DNA of 63,713 nt, counting the filler, from Octopus bimaculoides (lineage: Eukaryota): NCBI RefSeq assembly GCF_001194135.2. It is 9 parts of 9 records of this genome, joined end to end, with 100 filler letters (N's around TTAATTAATTAA, not from the genome) between each part and the next. Parts side by side here need not be neighbours in the genome. Positions count along the whole stretch, not along the records: positions 1 to 7,547 come from NW_026314721.1; positions 7,648 to 38,215 come from NC_068995.1; 7 more parts are not named here. One strand, given 5' to 3'. The notes below the pieces were generated by a model. The model made no database searches. It was not told where the DNA came from and was given only the letters and a program-made list of their open reading frames with translations. A program made the position numbers and the translations under genes. Numbering within the stretch: the first letter of the stretch is position 1; the number at the start of each line of letters is the position of its first letter. This document shows, piece by piece, positions 1 through 10,773 of the stretch.

Positions 1-228
1 ATATATATATATATATATATATACATATACAGGTGTAAATTAGAGGTGTTTAAAGCCTCTAAGGGCTAGATATATCCAAAGGAACTCCTGGTAATTACCT
101 CAGTAGGTATAGTCCTTGGTAAAAGGTATAAGGCAACAGGTAATTTAGCAGGTAAACCGTAGTTTAATTAATATAGACGAGAAGAAAACAAAGGGAAAAT
201 AACGAAAAGAAGTGTGTCTTTTGTGTTT

Positions 229-391
229 GTAAGCCATTATTTAATTGGTAGATAAAATTAAGAGGAAGAGTGAAGTTGTTTACGATCGTTTCTATAAAGA
301 TATATATTTTCCTCACCATGGTAACCAGAAACGATCATAAACAATTTCACTCTTATTCTCAATTTGATCTACCAATTAAGTAATGGCTTAC
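229..391. repeat. Inverted repeat, 65-bp arms (229-293, 327-391), 33-nt loop; probable PLE inversion relic
   Basis: Manual alignment of the right arm to the reverse complement of the left arm gives 58/65 identity. Inner ends carry GAAA-CGATCG-TA, resembling the 3' half of a minimal HHR. Confidence 0.85.
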
Positions 392-889
392 TATTTTCTT
401 CTCGTCTCTCTCTCTCTATATATATATGTATGTATATATATGTGTATATACATAGTAGAAATATTCCATTTTGTGCCAGAGAGTGTAGAACTGTAAAATT
501 AGTTGGAGAAGGGGCAGACTCCCATGCGCAACCCCTGCTGGTCCTGCGGGTGTCCTTTTATTGGACGAGTCTCAGAGAAGAGTCACACTTCTTTGATATA
601 AAAACCTTTGTTTGAAACCATTCCAAGTGAATATTTAATCAGGAACATTTAGAGAATGGTAAATAGAATCATTGACATACGAGCATTTGTCACTGTAACC
701 CATGCATCCATAAATGCTTTATTAATGAGACATTATTGTTTGATTAATTGAAGCCTTCATCATTATTCTAGATATGTAGATATATGCGTGTGGAGGGGAT
801 GGTCAAGGTCTTTAGGACGTCTCCAGGGACAGCTAAAGTTCAGGAACTTTCTCTACAACACTCCTTTTAATGTTTATCCAAACCCTGAT

Positions 890-1065
890 CAGCACTTCGA
901 CCGTCTTCACATTCTGAGTTCAAATCCCACTGGTGTTAATTTTGCTCTTCATCCTGGGTCAATAAAACACATGCCAGTTGAGTTGATATAATCAGCTTAT
1001 GGCCCCTCCCTGAGATTGTTGGCCTCATGCTAAAATTTGAAACCAATATTTATCCAAACCAGACA
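890..1065 (+). mobile_element. Decayed SINE, family B (GGCGAGCTGGCAGAA type)
   Basis: acattctgagttcaaatccca...tttgctcttcatcc...ccagttg matches the copies at 1226 and 56598. Confidence 0.6.
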
Positions 1066-1225
1066 GCTTGTCTTCGTTTCCTTCTTGATCAAAGCAAAGA
1101 GGGCTTTTGAGGTGATGTCCAAGACCCTATCAGGACAATTATGCCTCTCCCCCCGCCCCGATGACAACTAGCCCCTAGGACAATTACCCCACTTAGTTAC
1201 TTTCTCTCCAATATATTAAGTTAAA

Positions 1226-1440
1226 AGCTGCGAACTGGCAGAAACGTTAGCACGTTGGCTGAAATGCTGAGCGGTCTTTCGTCTATCTTTACATTCTGAG
1301 TTCAAATTCCACCAAGGTCGGCTTTGCCTTTCATCCTTTCAGAGTCAATAAATTAAGTACCAGTTGCGTACTGGGGTCGATCTAATCGACTGCCTCCCGC
1401 CAAAAAAATTTCAGGCCTTGTGCCTAGAGTAGAAAGGATT
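1226..1440 (+). mobile_element. tRNA-derived SINE, family B
   Basis: gcgaactggcagaaacgttagcacg...ttctgagttcaaattcc (B-box-like)...gccttgtgcctagagtagaaagg followed by an (ATT)n tail; several homologs in the window. Confidence 0.8.
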
Positions 1441-1472
1441 ATTATTATTATTATTGTTGTTATTTTTATTAC

Positions 1473-1511
<39 letters not shown>

Positions 1512-1512
1512 T

Positions 1513-1652
1513 GAGGTGGTGAGATGGCAGAATTGTTAGCAAGTCAGAGAAAATGCTTAGCAACGTTTCATTTTGGTTCTTTACGTTTTGAGTTCAAATC
1601 CCACCAAGGTCGACTCTGCCTTTCATCCTTCCCGGGCTCGATAAAACAAAAC
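1513..1652 (+). mobile_element. SINE family B, 3'-truncated
   Basis: gaggtggtgagatggcagaattgttagc...gagttcaaatcccaccaaggtcgactctgcctttcatcc. Confidence 0.75.
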
Positions 1653-1845
1653 TTGCTGTTATTATTATTCGTGTTGTTGTTTTTTTTATCTCTTTTCCTT
1701 TTTGTTATTGATATTGTTGTTTTGAGGTGATATTAATTGTCCATACAACTATTGTTGTCCGTATTGTCATTGTTGTTGTTCTTCTTGTTGTTATTAATGT
1801 GTTTGCCATTGTAAAGCCTGTTGTTGTTGTTCTTGTTAATGTTTC

Positions 1846-1892
<47 letters not shown>

Positions 1893-2220
1893 CTGCAGAA
1901 TTGTTCCTTTCTGACAAATTTGATGTCCTGTTTTTCCCCCCACCTCTTCCACACACTACCCCCATTGTATTCAACACAATCACTTTCTTCCTCTATACAT
2001 ATATACACACACACACACATATATACATTATACACACGCATATACACACATGCTTTCAACATACATCTTTCTCTAGTTTTTTATTTATTTATATTCAAAG
2101 GAATGTGTAGGCTGGTTTGTATATATTTATGAATGTATATTTATATATTTATACGCACACATCTCTCTCTCTCCTTATACATATATACACACACACACAC
2201 ACATATATATATATGTTTGC

Positions 2221-2260
<40 letters not shown>

Positions 2261-2479
2261 CTGTGTGCATTCACATATCTGTGGTTGTTTTGTATGAATG
2301 CATATAAATCATGTGTGTGTGTGTATATACACATATATACAAATATGTACATGCTTGCACACATGCATATGTGTATACATACCCATGCACACACACACAC
2401 ACGTATACCCATATATACATTTATATAAATATATATATATATATTTATACATACATACATATATATATATATATGTATG

Positions 2480-2706
2480 TATTTGTGTGTCTGTGTTTGT
2501 TCCCCACCCCCCCACCAATCGCTTGACAACTGATGTTGGTGTGTTTACATCCCCATAACTTAGCAGTTCAGCTNNNNNNNNNNCTAACACACACATATAC
2601 ATGCTAACACAGACAGATATTTCTGATCTTTGATAAAAGATGTTTTGTTATGAAAAACCATAAAAAAAACATTGAAATTTGTGTCTGACATTGTGTTTAC
2701 TGTTTT

Positions 2707-2745
<39 letters not shown>

Positions 2746-3040
2746 CACATATATTCAATACATATTCATATACATATATGTATGCATATATATATACACA
2801 CATATATATATATATATGTATGTATTTGTGTGTCTGTGTTTGTTCCCCACCCCCCCACCAATCGCTTGACAACTGATGTTGGTGTGTTTACATCCCCATA
2901 ACTTAGCAGTTCAGCTCAAGAGACCAATAGAATAAGTACTAGACTTATGAGGACTTGTAAGTCCTGGGGGTTGATTCGTTTCGACTGAGAGGCAGTGCTC
3001 CAGCATGGCCACAGTCAAACGTCTGAAACAAATAAAAGAA
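2480..3040 (+). mobile_element. SINE family A 3' half, present twice (2480-2573 and 2822-3040) around a 10-N gap
   Basis: gtttgttcccc...cgcttgacaactgatgttggtgtgtttacatccccataacttagcagttc...ccagcatggccacagtcaaac; about 95 bp are identical between the two copies. Confidence 0.8.
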
Positions 3041-3183
3041 TATATATAGATGTATCCCCCCCCCCACACACACACACACATATGCATAGTCCAACCTAAA
3101 CCTGTGTGTAGAACAAAAGGTAAATTTTGAGGAGGATCTCCAGACATGCCAAATGCCTTCTCCTTGTCAACCTGTCTGTCTGT

Positions 3184-3411
3184 ATAACCGTTTAGCATCC
3201 AGACTATTCTGTCAAATGTAATCTCTATTTATCCCCATTGTTTTCCATTAATCCTGCATTATCTCATAGCTTTGAGATTTTCATGAAGTAACTGTTAGCT
3301 TTTAGAATGACATTGTAGGGTTGGTGTGAGAGACCAAATCTGGCTGGTTTGACCATAAAACAGGCAGAATACATCCGCTGGATCTAGCCGGTTTAAACGC
3401 TAAAAGGTTAA
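3184..3411. mobile_element. Non-autonomous MITE with TTAACC(C/T)TTTAGC-type ends (piggyBac-like)
   Basis: Left end ataaccgtttagcat and right end acgctaaaaggttaa are imperfect inverted repeats; no ORF. Confidence 0.55.
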
Positions 3412-3814
3412 CGAATGGCTATGCATACACACGGAGTTTCTGACAGAAACCAAATGACACATTTACCTTCATCAAAGACCCCACCTCCCATTGACAGGGA
3501 ACTGAAAGATCCTTAACACATCTCCCACAAGAAGACCTCAGTGAAACTCTGTGTCTCTTTGTTATTTCTTGTTCCAGGTGGGAAATCTTTACTCACAAAA
3601 CTCAAATTGGTTTCTAAAAATACATTGGAAGATCACCTTTCAGACACACAGACAGACGATGCTGGATATATTAATGCTGCCTTAAGATAACATGGAATTC
3701 CAGATTGCTAATTCTTAAAACATCTCCAAGTTTGCTTCTCTGAAACAGCAAAATATCGACTTACATCAAAACGAAACATAAAATATGAATGCAAAGAGTT
3801 TTCTTCTTTTCTTC

Positions 3815-4170
3815 TTTTACTCGTTTCAGTCATTTGACTGCGGCCATGCTGGAGCACCACCTTTAGTCGAACAAATTGACCCCAGGACTTATTCTTTTGT
3901 AAGCCTGGTACTTATTCTATCAGTGCTCTTTTCCTGAATCACTAAGTTACAAGGACATAAACACACCAACATCGGTTGTCAAGCAATGGAAGAGAGACAA
4001 ACACAAACACACATATATATATGATGGGCTTCTTTCAGTTTCCATCTACTTAATCCACTCACAAGGCTTTGGTTGGTCCGAGGCTATAGTAGAAGACACT
4101 TGCCCAAGATACCACGCAGTTGGACTGAACCTGGAACCATGTGGTTGGTAAGCAAACTTTCTAACACATA
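3815..4170 (-). mobile_element. Full-length tRNA-derived SINE, family A
   Basis: + strand reads ttttactcgtttcagtcatttgactgcggccatgctggagcacc...gactgaacctggaaccatgtggttgg; the reverse complement starts with a tRNA-like head containing GGTTCAGTCC. Confidence 0.9.
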
Positions 4171-4599
4171 ATACTGCTATATCTGCATCCGACAAAGGTG
4201 CCTGGCACCTGGACACACCCAAGAAGGTCCTCGTACCCAACAACAGAGGGGTTAAGGCTGGTCCCTCTGCTGGTGAAAAGCGACAGTGTGGTGCCATGTA
4301 AAAATTCTGTGTATAAATTCTGCCAACCATTCCTTGACCACCACCACCCACCACTTTCCATCGTTATGTCAGTAGGTTAATTTATAAATTAATTAGTTGT
4401 GGAAATTCTCACTTCGTCCACCACCAACACCACCGCCACCATCCTGCTATTACAAGTAACGAATTTAGAATTAATTGACAAATCAAAGTGAGGAATTTGT
4501 GTTAATGACTCTGGGTGGTAGTGGTGGTTGTGGTGTAGGTGGTAGTAGTAGTGTCAGTGTGTGTTGGTGGTGGAGGTGGTAGCCAAGTTGTCAGAGCAT

Positions 4600-4760
4600 C
4601 AGATCAATCGCTTCAATTGACTGAGGTTTGGCAAGCCAGGAGGCCACACCAGGCTCCAATCCTATCTGGCAACGCTTCTATAGCTGGATGCCCTTCCTAA
4701 AATGCCAACCACTCTGAGATTGTAGTGAGTGCATTTTACGTGCCACTGGCATGAGGGCCA
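4600..4760 (-). mobile_element. RTE-type LINE/SINE 3' tail fragment
   Basis: ctggatgcccttcctaaaatgccaaccactctgag...ttttacgtgccactggc; reverse complement of the motif at 54265 (ttggctataggaagggcatc). Confidence 0.55.
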
Positions 4761-4851
4761 GTCAGGTGGTACTGTCTATCTGTCTGTCTGTCTATCTGTC
4801 TGCCTGTCTATCTATGTATCCATCAATCTATCTATCTATCTCTCTATCTAC

Positions 4852-4901
<50 letters not shown>

Positions 4902-4918
4902 GTCTCTCTCTCTATATA

Positions 4919-4963
<45 letters not shown>

Positions 4964-5074
4964 NNNNNNNNNNNNNNNNNNNNNNNNNNNNNNNNNNNNN
5001 NNNNNNNNNNNNNNNNNNNNNNNNNNNNNNNNNNNNNNNNNNNNNNNNNNNNNNNNNNNNNNNNNNNNTATCTG

Positions 5075-5136
<62 letters not shown>

Positions 5137-5641
5137 CACACACATTTCATTCCACATTTCAAATTCCTACTGCAGCATCCAATTCTATATATTTGGAATT
5201 ACAAACCCCATTCCTGGAACGGAACCTACGACTCCCCCCTGCCCCATCTCCTCATCACCAACCCAGCGCCAATTTACAACACCACCACCACTGCCACCGC
5301 CACCATGCCGTTCTTTGAAAGTTAAAAGCCTCCGTTTCTGGCATTAGCCTAACGATTCTTCTCCACATTTGATTAAATCTCCAGTTTCAGACTTCAACGG
5401 ATTATCTATTCATTATGAGAGGACATCACAAAGAAACGGTTGGGAGAGCTTATTGGATTTGTTGGGGACGGATTCGTGAGGTTTGTGCCAACGTTTGATT
5501 AAATTCTATTTTGGATTTGAAGAGCATTTACGCGAGTCAGCGAGGGAAGCCTCTACGTGGTCGTGGTGCTTTGCTAGAAATAGCAAGCTGGAAACCTGTT
5601 GTTGGTGTGTTGTGTTGTGTCTCAGAAAAAGTTTTTAGAAA

Positions 5642-5870
5642 GATGGGATGGTCACAGATGGAGTGTCTTTAATCATGTTTTTCGTGATCAGGACTGACCT
5701 GGGGTTAAACAGCAATAACTATAGCCACTAATACTAACTGCTATACTGTACATTGGATAATGTAGTCCTAGGTACACTATGTCTGAATATAAGATGGGAT
5801 GGTCACCGCAGGAACATCTTTGATCATGGGTCTGTCTGGATCAGGACTGACCTGGGGTTAAACGACAACT
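5642..5870 (+). repeat. Two diverged direct copies (~75 bp) of a dispersed repeat end
   Basis: gatgggatggtcac...gatcaggactgacctggggttaaac at ~5642-5712 and ~5793-5865. Confidence 0.7.
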
Positions 5871-6437
5871 ATAGCCATTGGCAGTGGTGGTAGTAGTGGT
5901 GGTGGTGGCAGTGGTAGTAGTGGTGGTGACGGTGGTGGTGGTGGTGGTGGTAGTGGTGATGGTGATGGTAGTGGTGGTGGCAGTGGTAGTAGTGGTGGTG
6001 GTGGTNNNNNNNNNNNNNNNNNNNNNNNNNNNNNNNNNNNNNNNNNNNNNNNNNNNNNNNNNNNNNNNNNNNNNNNNNNNNNNNNNNNNNNNNNNNNNNN
6101 NNNNNNNNNNNNNNNNNNNNNNNNNNNNNNNNNNNNNNNNNNNNNNNNNNNNNNNNNNNNNNNNNNNNNNNNNNNNNNNNNNNNNNNNNNNNNNNNNNNN
6201 NNNNNNNNNNNNNNNNNNNNNNNNNNNNNNNNNNNNNNNNNNNNNNNNNNNNNNNNNNNNNNNNNNGTTCCTCCCCCACCCATCCCCACCACCACCCGGT
6301 AATTAATTCGGTAGCTCCACTGCTAATCTAAATCCAATTAACGTTGTTAATTGTCTCACAGATAGGAATATCACAGGGAATGTCCTGGGCGGAGTGGGGG
6401 AGGAGGGCATATTGGATAATTGACCTTCCTGTGTCCT

Positions 6438-6451
6438 GTTACCATAGCAAC
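6438..6451. promoter_or_regulatory. RFX X-box match
   Basis: GTTACCATAGCAAC fits the GTNNCC-AT-RGNAAC palindromic consensus; GC box GGGCGGAG at 6387-6394 and TAAT motifs nearby. Motif match only. Confidence 0.45.
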
Positions 6452-6599
6452 TGGGAGTAAAGTGTTTTTGGCTGGGTCAGGGACGTGAAGTATTCCCACC
6501 ACAACATCCCTTCTGCGTGTGTGTGTATGTGTGTCTGTGTGTGTGTGTGTGTCTGTGTGTTTTACTGTATTTACACCTGTTTCTGTGAGGTGTGCATTC

Positions 6600-7016
6600 T
6601 TTTATTCCTTCCTTCGTACATTTCAGTCTTTTGACTGCGGCCATGCTGGAGCACCACCTTTTTAGTCATACAAATTGACTCCAGGACTTCTTCTTTTGTA
6701 AGCCTAATACTTATTCTATCAGTGCTCTTTTGCCGAACTGCTAAGCATTGGTTATCAAATGATGGTGGAGGGACAAGCACAGACACAAACATATACATAT
6801 ATACGACAGGCTTCTTTCAGTTTCCGTCTACCAAATCCACTCACAAAGCTTTGGTCGGCCTGAGGCTATAGTAGAAGGCACTTGCCCNNNNNNNNNNCTT
6901 TGGTCGGCCTGAGGCTATAGTAGAAGGCACTTGCCCAAGGTGCCACGCAGTGGGACTGAACCTGGAACCATGTGGTTGGTAAGCAAGCTACTCACCACAC
7001 AGGCACACCTGCACCT
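6600..7016 (-). mobile_element. Full-length SINE family A (with an assembly-overlap duplication at the 10-N gap)
   Basis: Same diagnostic motifs as 3815-4170; head ends ccacacaggcacacctgcacct. Confidence 0.9.
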
Positions 7017-7338
7017 ATTTTAATGTTCACTTTTCTACACCTGCATGTGTCCAATTAAGGTAATATTTCTCCAAGGTGAGACAGATTTTATTAAGGCAGT
7101 TTTTCTTAATGTATCTCTCCTTTTGTGAGGCTGCAAAGTGTTATTTCAGGGAGGTCTAGCTGCTATTTCTACCAAAGTCTTGTTGTTGTTGTTGTTGTTG
7201 TTGTGCTCAGGTGAAAGATTAACGATGTTAATTTGATAAATTATTTAATTGTTCCCAGTTTGCAGATGTACCTGCCACCTGATGGTGGTGGTGGTGGTCA
7301 TAATGGGAGAGTCTGTGGTGATAGTGAATGGCTAGGAT

Positions 7339-7377
<39 letters not shown>

Positions 7378-7509
7378 GGTTTAGACACACACACATGCAT
7401 ACACACACATGCACACAAACATGCATACAAACACATACACGTGTTTGTATGCATACACACATACATATATATACATACATATAAATGCACACATGTGTGT
7501 ACATGTGTG

Positions 7510-7547
<38 letters not shown>

Positions 7548-7647
7548 NNNNNNNNNNNNNNNNNNNNNNNNNNNNNNNNNNNNNNNNNNNNTTAATTAAT
7601 TAANNNNNNNNNNNNNNNNNNNNNNNNNNNNNNNNNNNNNNNNNNNN
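7548..7647. other. Artificial scaffold join N44-TTAATTAATTAA-N44
   Basis: Exactly 100 nt; the palindrome gives stops in all six frames; eight identical blocks in the window. Confidence 0.95.
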
Positions 7648-8694
7648 TATATACACGCACGCACGTATGCAGGCACGCACACACATACACACACACAAAC
7701 ACAAACACAATCACATATATTTATGTAGATATACATAGACACCAAGTAATGCATTACAGATGTTCAGGAAAAATATGTAATCAGACATATTCTAATATAA
7801 TATTGTCAATTCTTATTTTAAGCACGCTTTTACAAGAAATTGACTATTTTGTAAAATTCAGATCCACTCAACTTAACAACAATTATCTCAATGAATCAGC
7901 ATACATTTGTTGAGACAATTTCATCGTATTACTATCGTTTCTTATCATTATTGCAAGATTTCACGGCAAACTATGAACAATTCAATGTGATCAGATTTCA
8001 TGAAGTGTGTTCTGCTTTTTGGGATTTTTGTGTTTTATTGGGATCAGTCAACTTTATAAGTGTGTACAATCCAGTAGTCTCTATTTTTACACATAACTAA
8101 CATATCTTGTATATTTGTGCACATGTCAATAGAAATATACTGTAGTTATCTGTTGCGTAAAGTATATGGTGCGTAAAGTGATGCGTAAATGCAATCCTTC
8201 GTGTGATATTTGTCTTTCGAAGTCAGTTAACTTTCAGTTTCACAATTAACACACCTGTTTCTATTCTCCTTCCACTCTATCTTCTTCCACTATTTCACAG
8301 CATAACTTTTAGTAAGTTTGCAATTTTCTGTTCACACAGTTTGCAGCCAGTCAATTAATCACCTACAAAACTCACTCGATTTTATACACATATTTATGCT
8401 ACATAAATACATACCGGCGCCTGCATAGAAGCATATAAACTATTTCAACAACACACACGCTTACGTGCGCGGGGTTATGCGTACTCACGCACACAAACAC
8501 ACAGGAACACATGTGTATACATATACACAAATATACATGCATATATATGCACATATAGCTATATATTCATAATACATGTCTGTTGGCATGGTGATATGTT
8601 CATACTAGAGCCGATATTGATTTCATGATAATCTGATCAAAGGCAACATAATCAATTTTTTTTAAAGATCACCGTATATCTGCTAAGTGTATGT

Positions 8695-8785
8695 GCGTGG
8701 CTTGGTGGTCAAAATGTTGCACTCATGATCGTAAAGTTCTGATTTCGGTCTCTCAGCCGAGCAATATCTTGTATTCGTGAACTGA
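8695..8785 (+). mobile_element. Highly decayed SINE family D head
   Basis: gtggtcaaaatgttgcactcatgatcgtaaagttctgatttcgg resembles 51603 and 53865. Confidence 0.45.
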
Positions 8786-9900
8786 ACATTTTATTTCACA
8801 TTATTCCTATGCTGACAAAATTATCTCGTGACAAATGACGTCCAATCCATGAAATAGGGCATATATATCCCTCAGAATTCGAGACACCATATGTATGAGC
8901 CTATGCTCGGGAATGACATTCGATCCGTTTTTGATATATCTACCAGGTGCTCCTGCATGACAGAAATCGTATGACTGAAACAAATAAGAGTATGAGGTCA
9001 CGTGCCTATATGCAAATTCCTATTTATCAATTTTAAACTTACCGAAATATTTTTTTTTAAATATATCCATCAAGATAATTTTGCGTCTGTTGTTATTTAT
9101 TGAAAAGCTTGGTGCTGTCTGCTTTCTTCATGTAATAATGCTATACATTACTGGCTTATTATTATTGATATCAGAAGAGGTATTGAGATTATATTCAGTT
9201 AGTTTCTCGAATCATTGACTGTGGGGAATACACTTTTAAGATAAATGTCACAGAAATTAAGGTGCTACCAAGAGAATGCTCTTAAATGTTTTTCAAATCC
9301 TGTCTGATTACTTAAGCACATTTCGTTATGTCGTCTCACGTTATATTTTTGAAATCTTCTTAGCGTTATGTTGTCACGTATTTAATCATAACAGGAACTA
9401 TAAAATTCGACGTCTAGGCTTGAGATGTATGTATACAGTTTTAAAATTTAGTATATATGTATGATTATTTGGATATTCGATATTCTCTCCCTTCTGCTGT
9501 AATGTTGATATACGTATAAAGAACACGGCACTCATAATATGTTCAACAATGGTTTACTCTTCAGCATTATCAGGAAGTAAACTATTAAAATGAAATTATA
9601 AATTTCATAACCAGTCTTTCAGATTGAAATAAGGACTCAATGAAATTCTTAAAGAGTCTTGAAGTATACGTAATGATGCCCTGGCGCTAATTTCTTTAAC
9701 TGCAACTTCAATATAATATGTAATACATAGACACTATTTCGTCATATTCTCAACAAGGCTTTAAAAAGCTAACTGTTAAAGTTGCCATCCAATGCTACTT
9801 CGATTGTATTCATTTATCAGGATTCAACTGGCATTTATTTCAGTAGAATAATCTATGTATTTTTAACTAACTATCAATTATTATATATTATAGTTCTTAC

Positions 9901-10031
9901 TTCGCTTTCGATTGCTTTGATCCTCTTTCTTTTCTTGCTCTCTTATTTTCAAGAATGTGTTCTTCAAGGAATTTTCGATAACAATAACGATAATTTTCTG
10001 GGTTTTTTTCTGTATTTTCTTTATTATCCAT
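9901..10031 (-). CDS. Candidate first coding exon of an unidentified gene (MDNKENTEKNPENYRYCYRKFLEEHILENKRARKERGSKQSKA)
   Basis: ATG with an in-frame upstream stop, 43 open purine-rich codons, then a phase-2 donor AA|GTAAGA at 9900. No homology recognised. Confidence 0.35.
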
Positions 10032-10655
10032 GCACTCTTCTTATTTCATTACTCATATTTATTGTCATATAGCAATCAATAAAATTCACGAAGACAAACT
10101 TTTCAGTAATTTCGCATCAGCCAATACTTTGTCATTCAAACTGTCGAGTTTGGCATGATTTGTTCGCTTCCATTAATTTCAGATGTCTACCTCAGAATAA
10201 AGTCTCTATAACATTTCATTAGATTATGCGGTGCAGTGCGTACGTTTCAGCTATATATGCTTCAAATATCGCCTCGCATCATACTAAATACATAACTAAC
10301 GTATTTTTCTGATTTAGGTCGAATTATATTAGCATTTAAATGAGGACCTGCATGCTATTTTTACCAGTAGTATAGTACAAATTGTTAGCAATGCTTCAGC
10401 CATTTTAGTGTATTGTATGCTGCATTCCATCATTAAAATTATATTATTTATCGAGATCTTGTCTTTTGATATATTTACCAAAAGAATCTCACAAACTGGA
10501 AAATGATATTAGATAAACTACGTTTAATACCAGACAGCAGGCATGAGCGCTTCTTTTCGCTTTAAAAATAACATTATGCGCTGGACTATGAAATCAATAT
10601 GAACAAAGTAATATGCATATCGATACGTTTACATGTAAACTGTGTTTCCCTGTAG

Positions 10656-10773
10656 GATTTATTGTATGCGAATTGGCTTTGAAGTCAATAAAAAGCAACA
10701 ACATGGACATGCATCAACAGATCTATAGCAGACTTGAAACTACAACATGCTTGTTCATTTACTTTCATCCCTG
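10656..10773 (+). CDS. Candidate internal exon (GFIVCELALKSIKSNNMDMHQQIYSRLETTTCLFIYFHPW)
   Basis: Acceptor tgtttccctgtag|G, only one frame open, donor TG|GTATCT. No homology recognised. Confidence 0.2.

Noticed and set aside
1705-2876. Many ORFs rich in YI, HT, CV, SL or poly-H/I/V (also 4729-5347, 36293-37868, 41084-43306, 55506-56355)
   Set aside because: They are translations of (TA)n, (CA)n, (GA)n, (ATT)n and (ACC)n microsatellites.
7592-7603. Recurrent TTAATTAATTAA palindrome as a homeodomain-site array or biological punctuation
   Set aside because: It is always centred in exactly 44+44 Ns and gives stops in six frames, so it is an assembly linker.
9782-10072. Hydrophobic 96-aa plus-strand ORF resembling a membrane protein
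   Set aside because: It is the pyrimidine-rich antisense shadow of the purine-rich minus-strand exon candidate, and starts at TTG.
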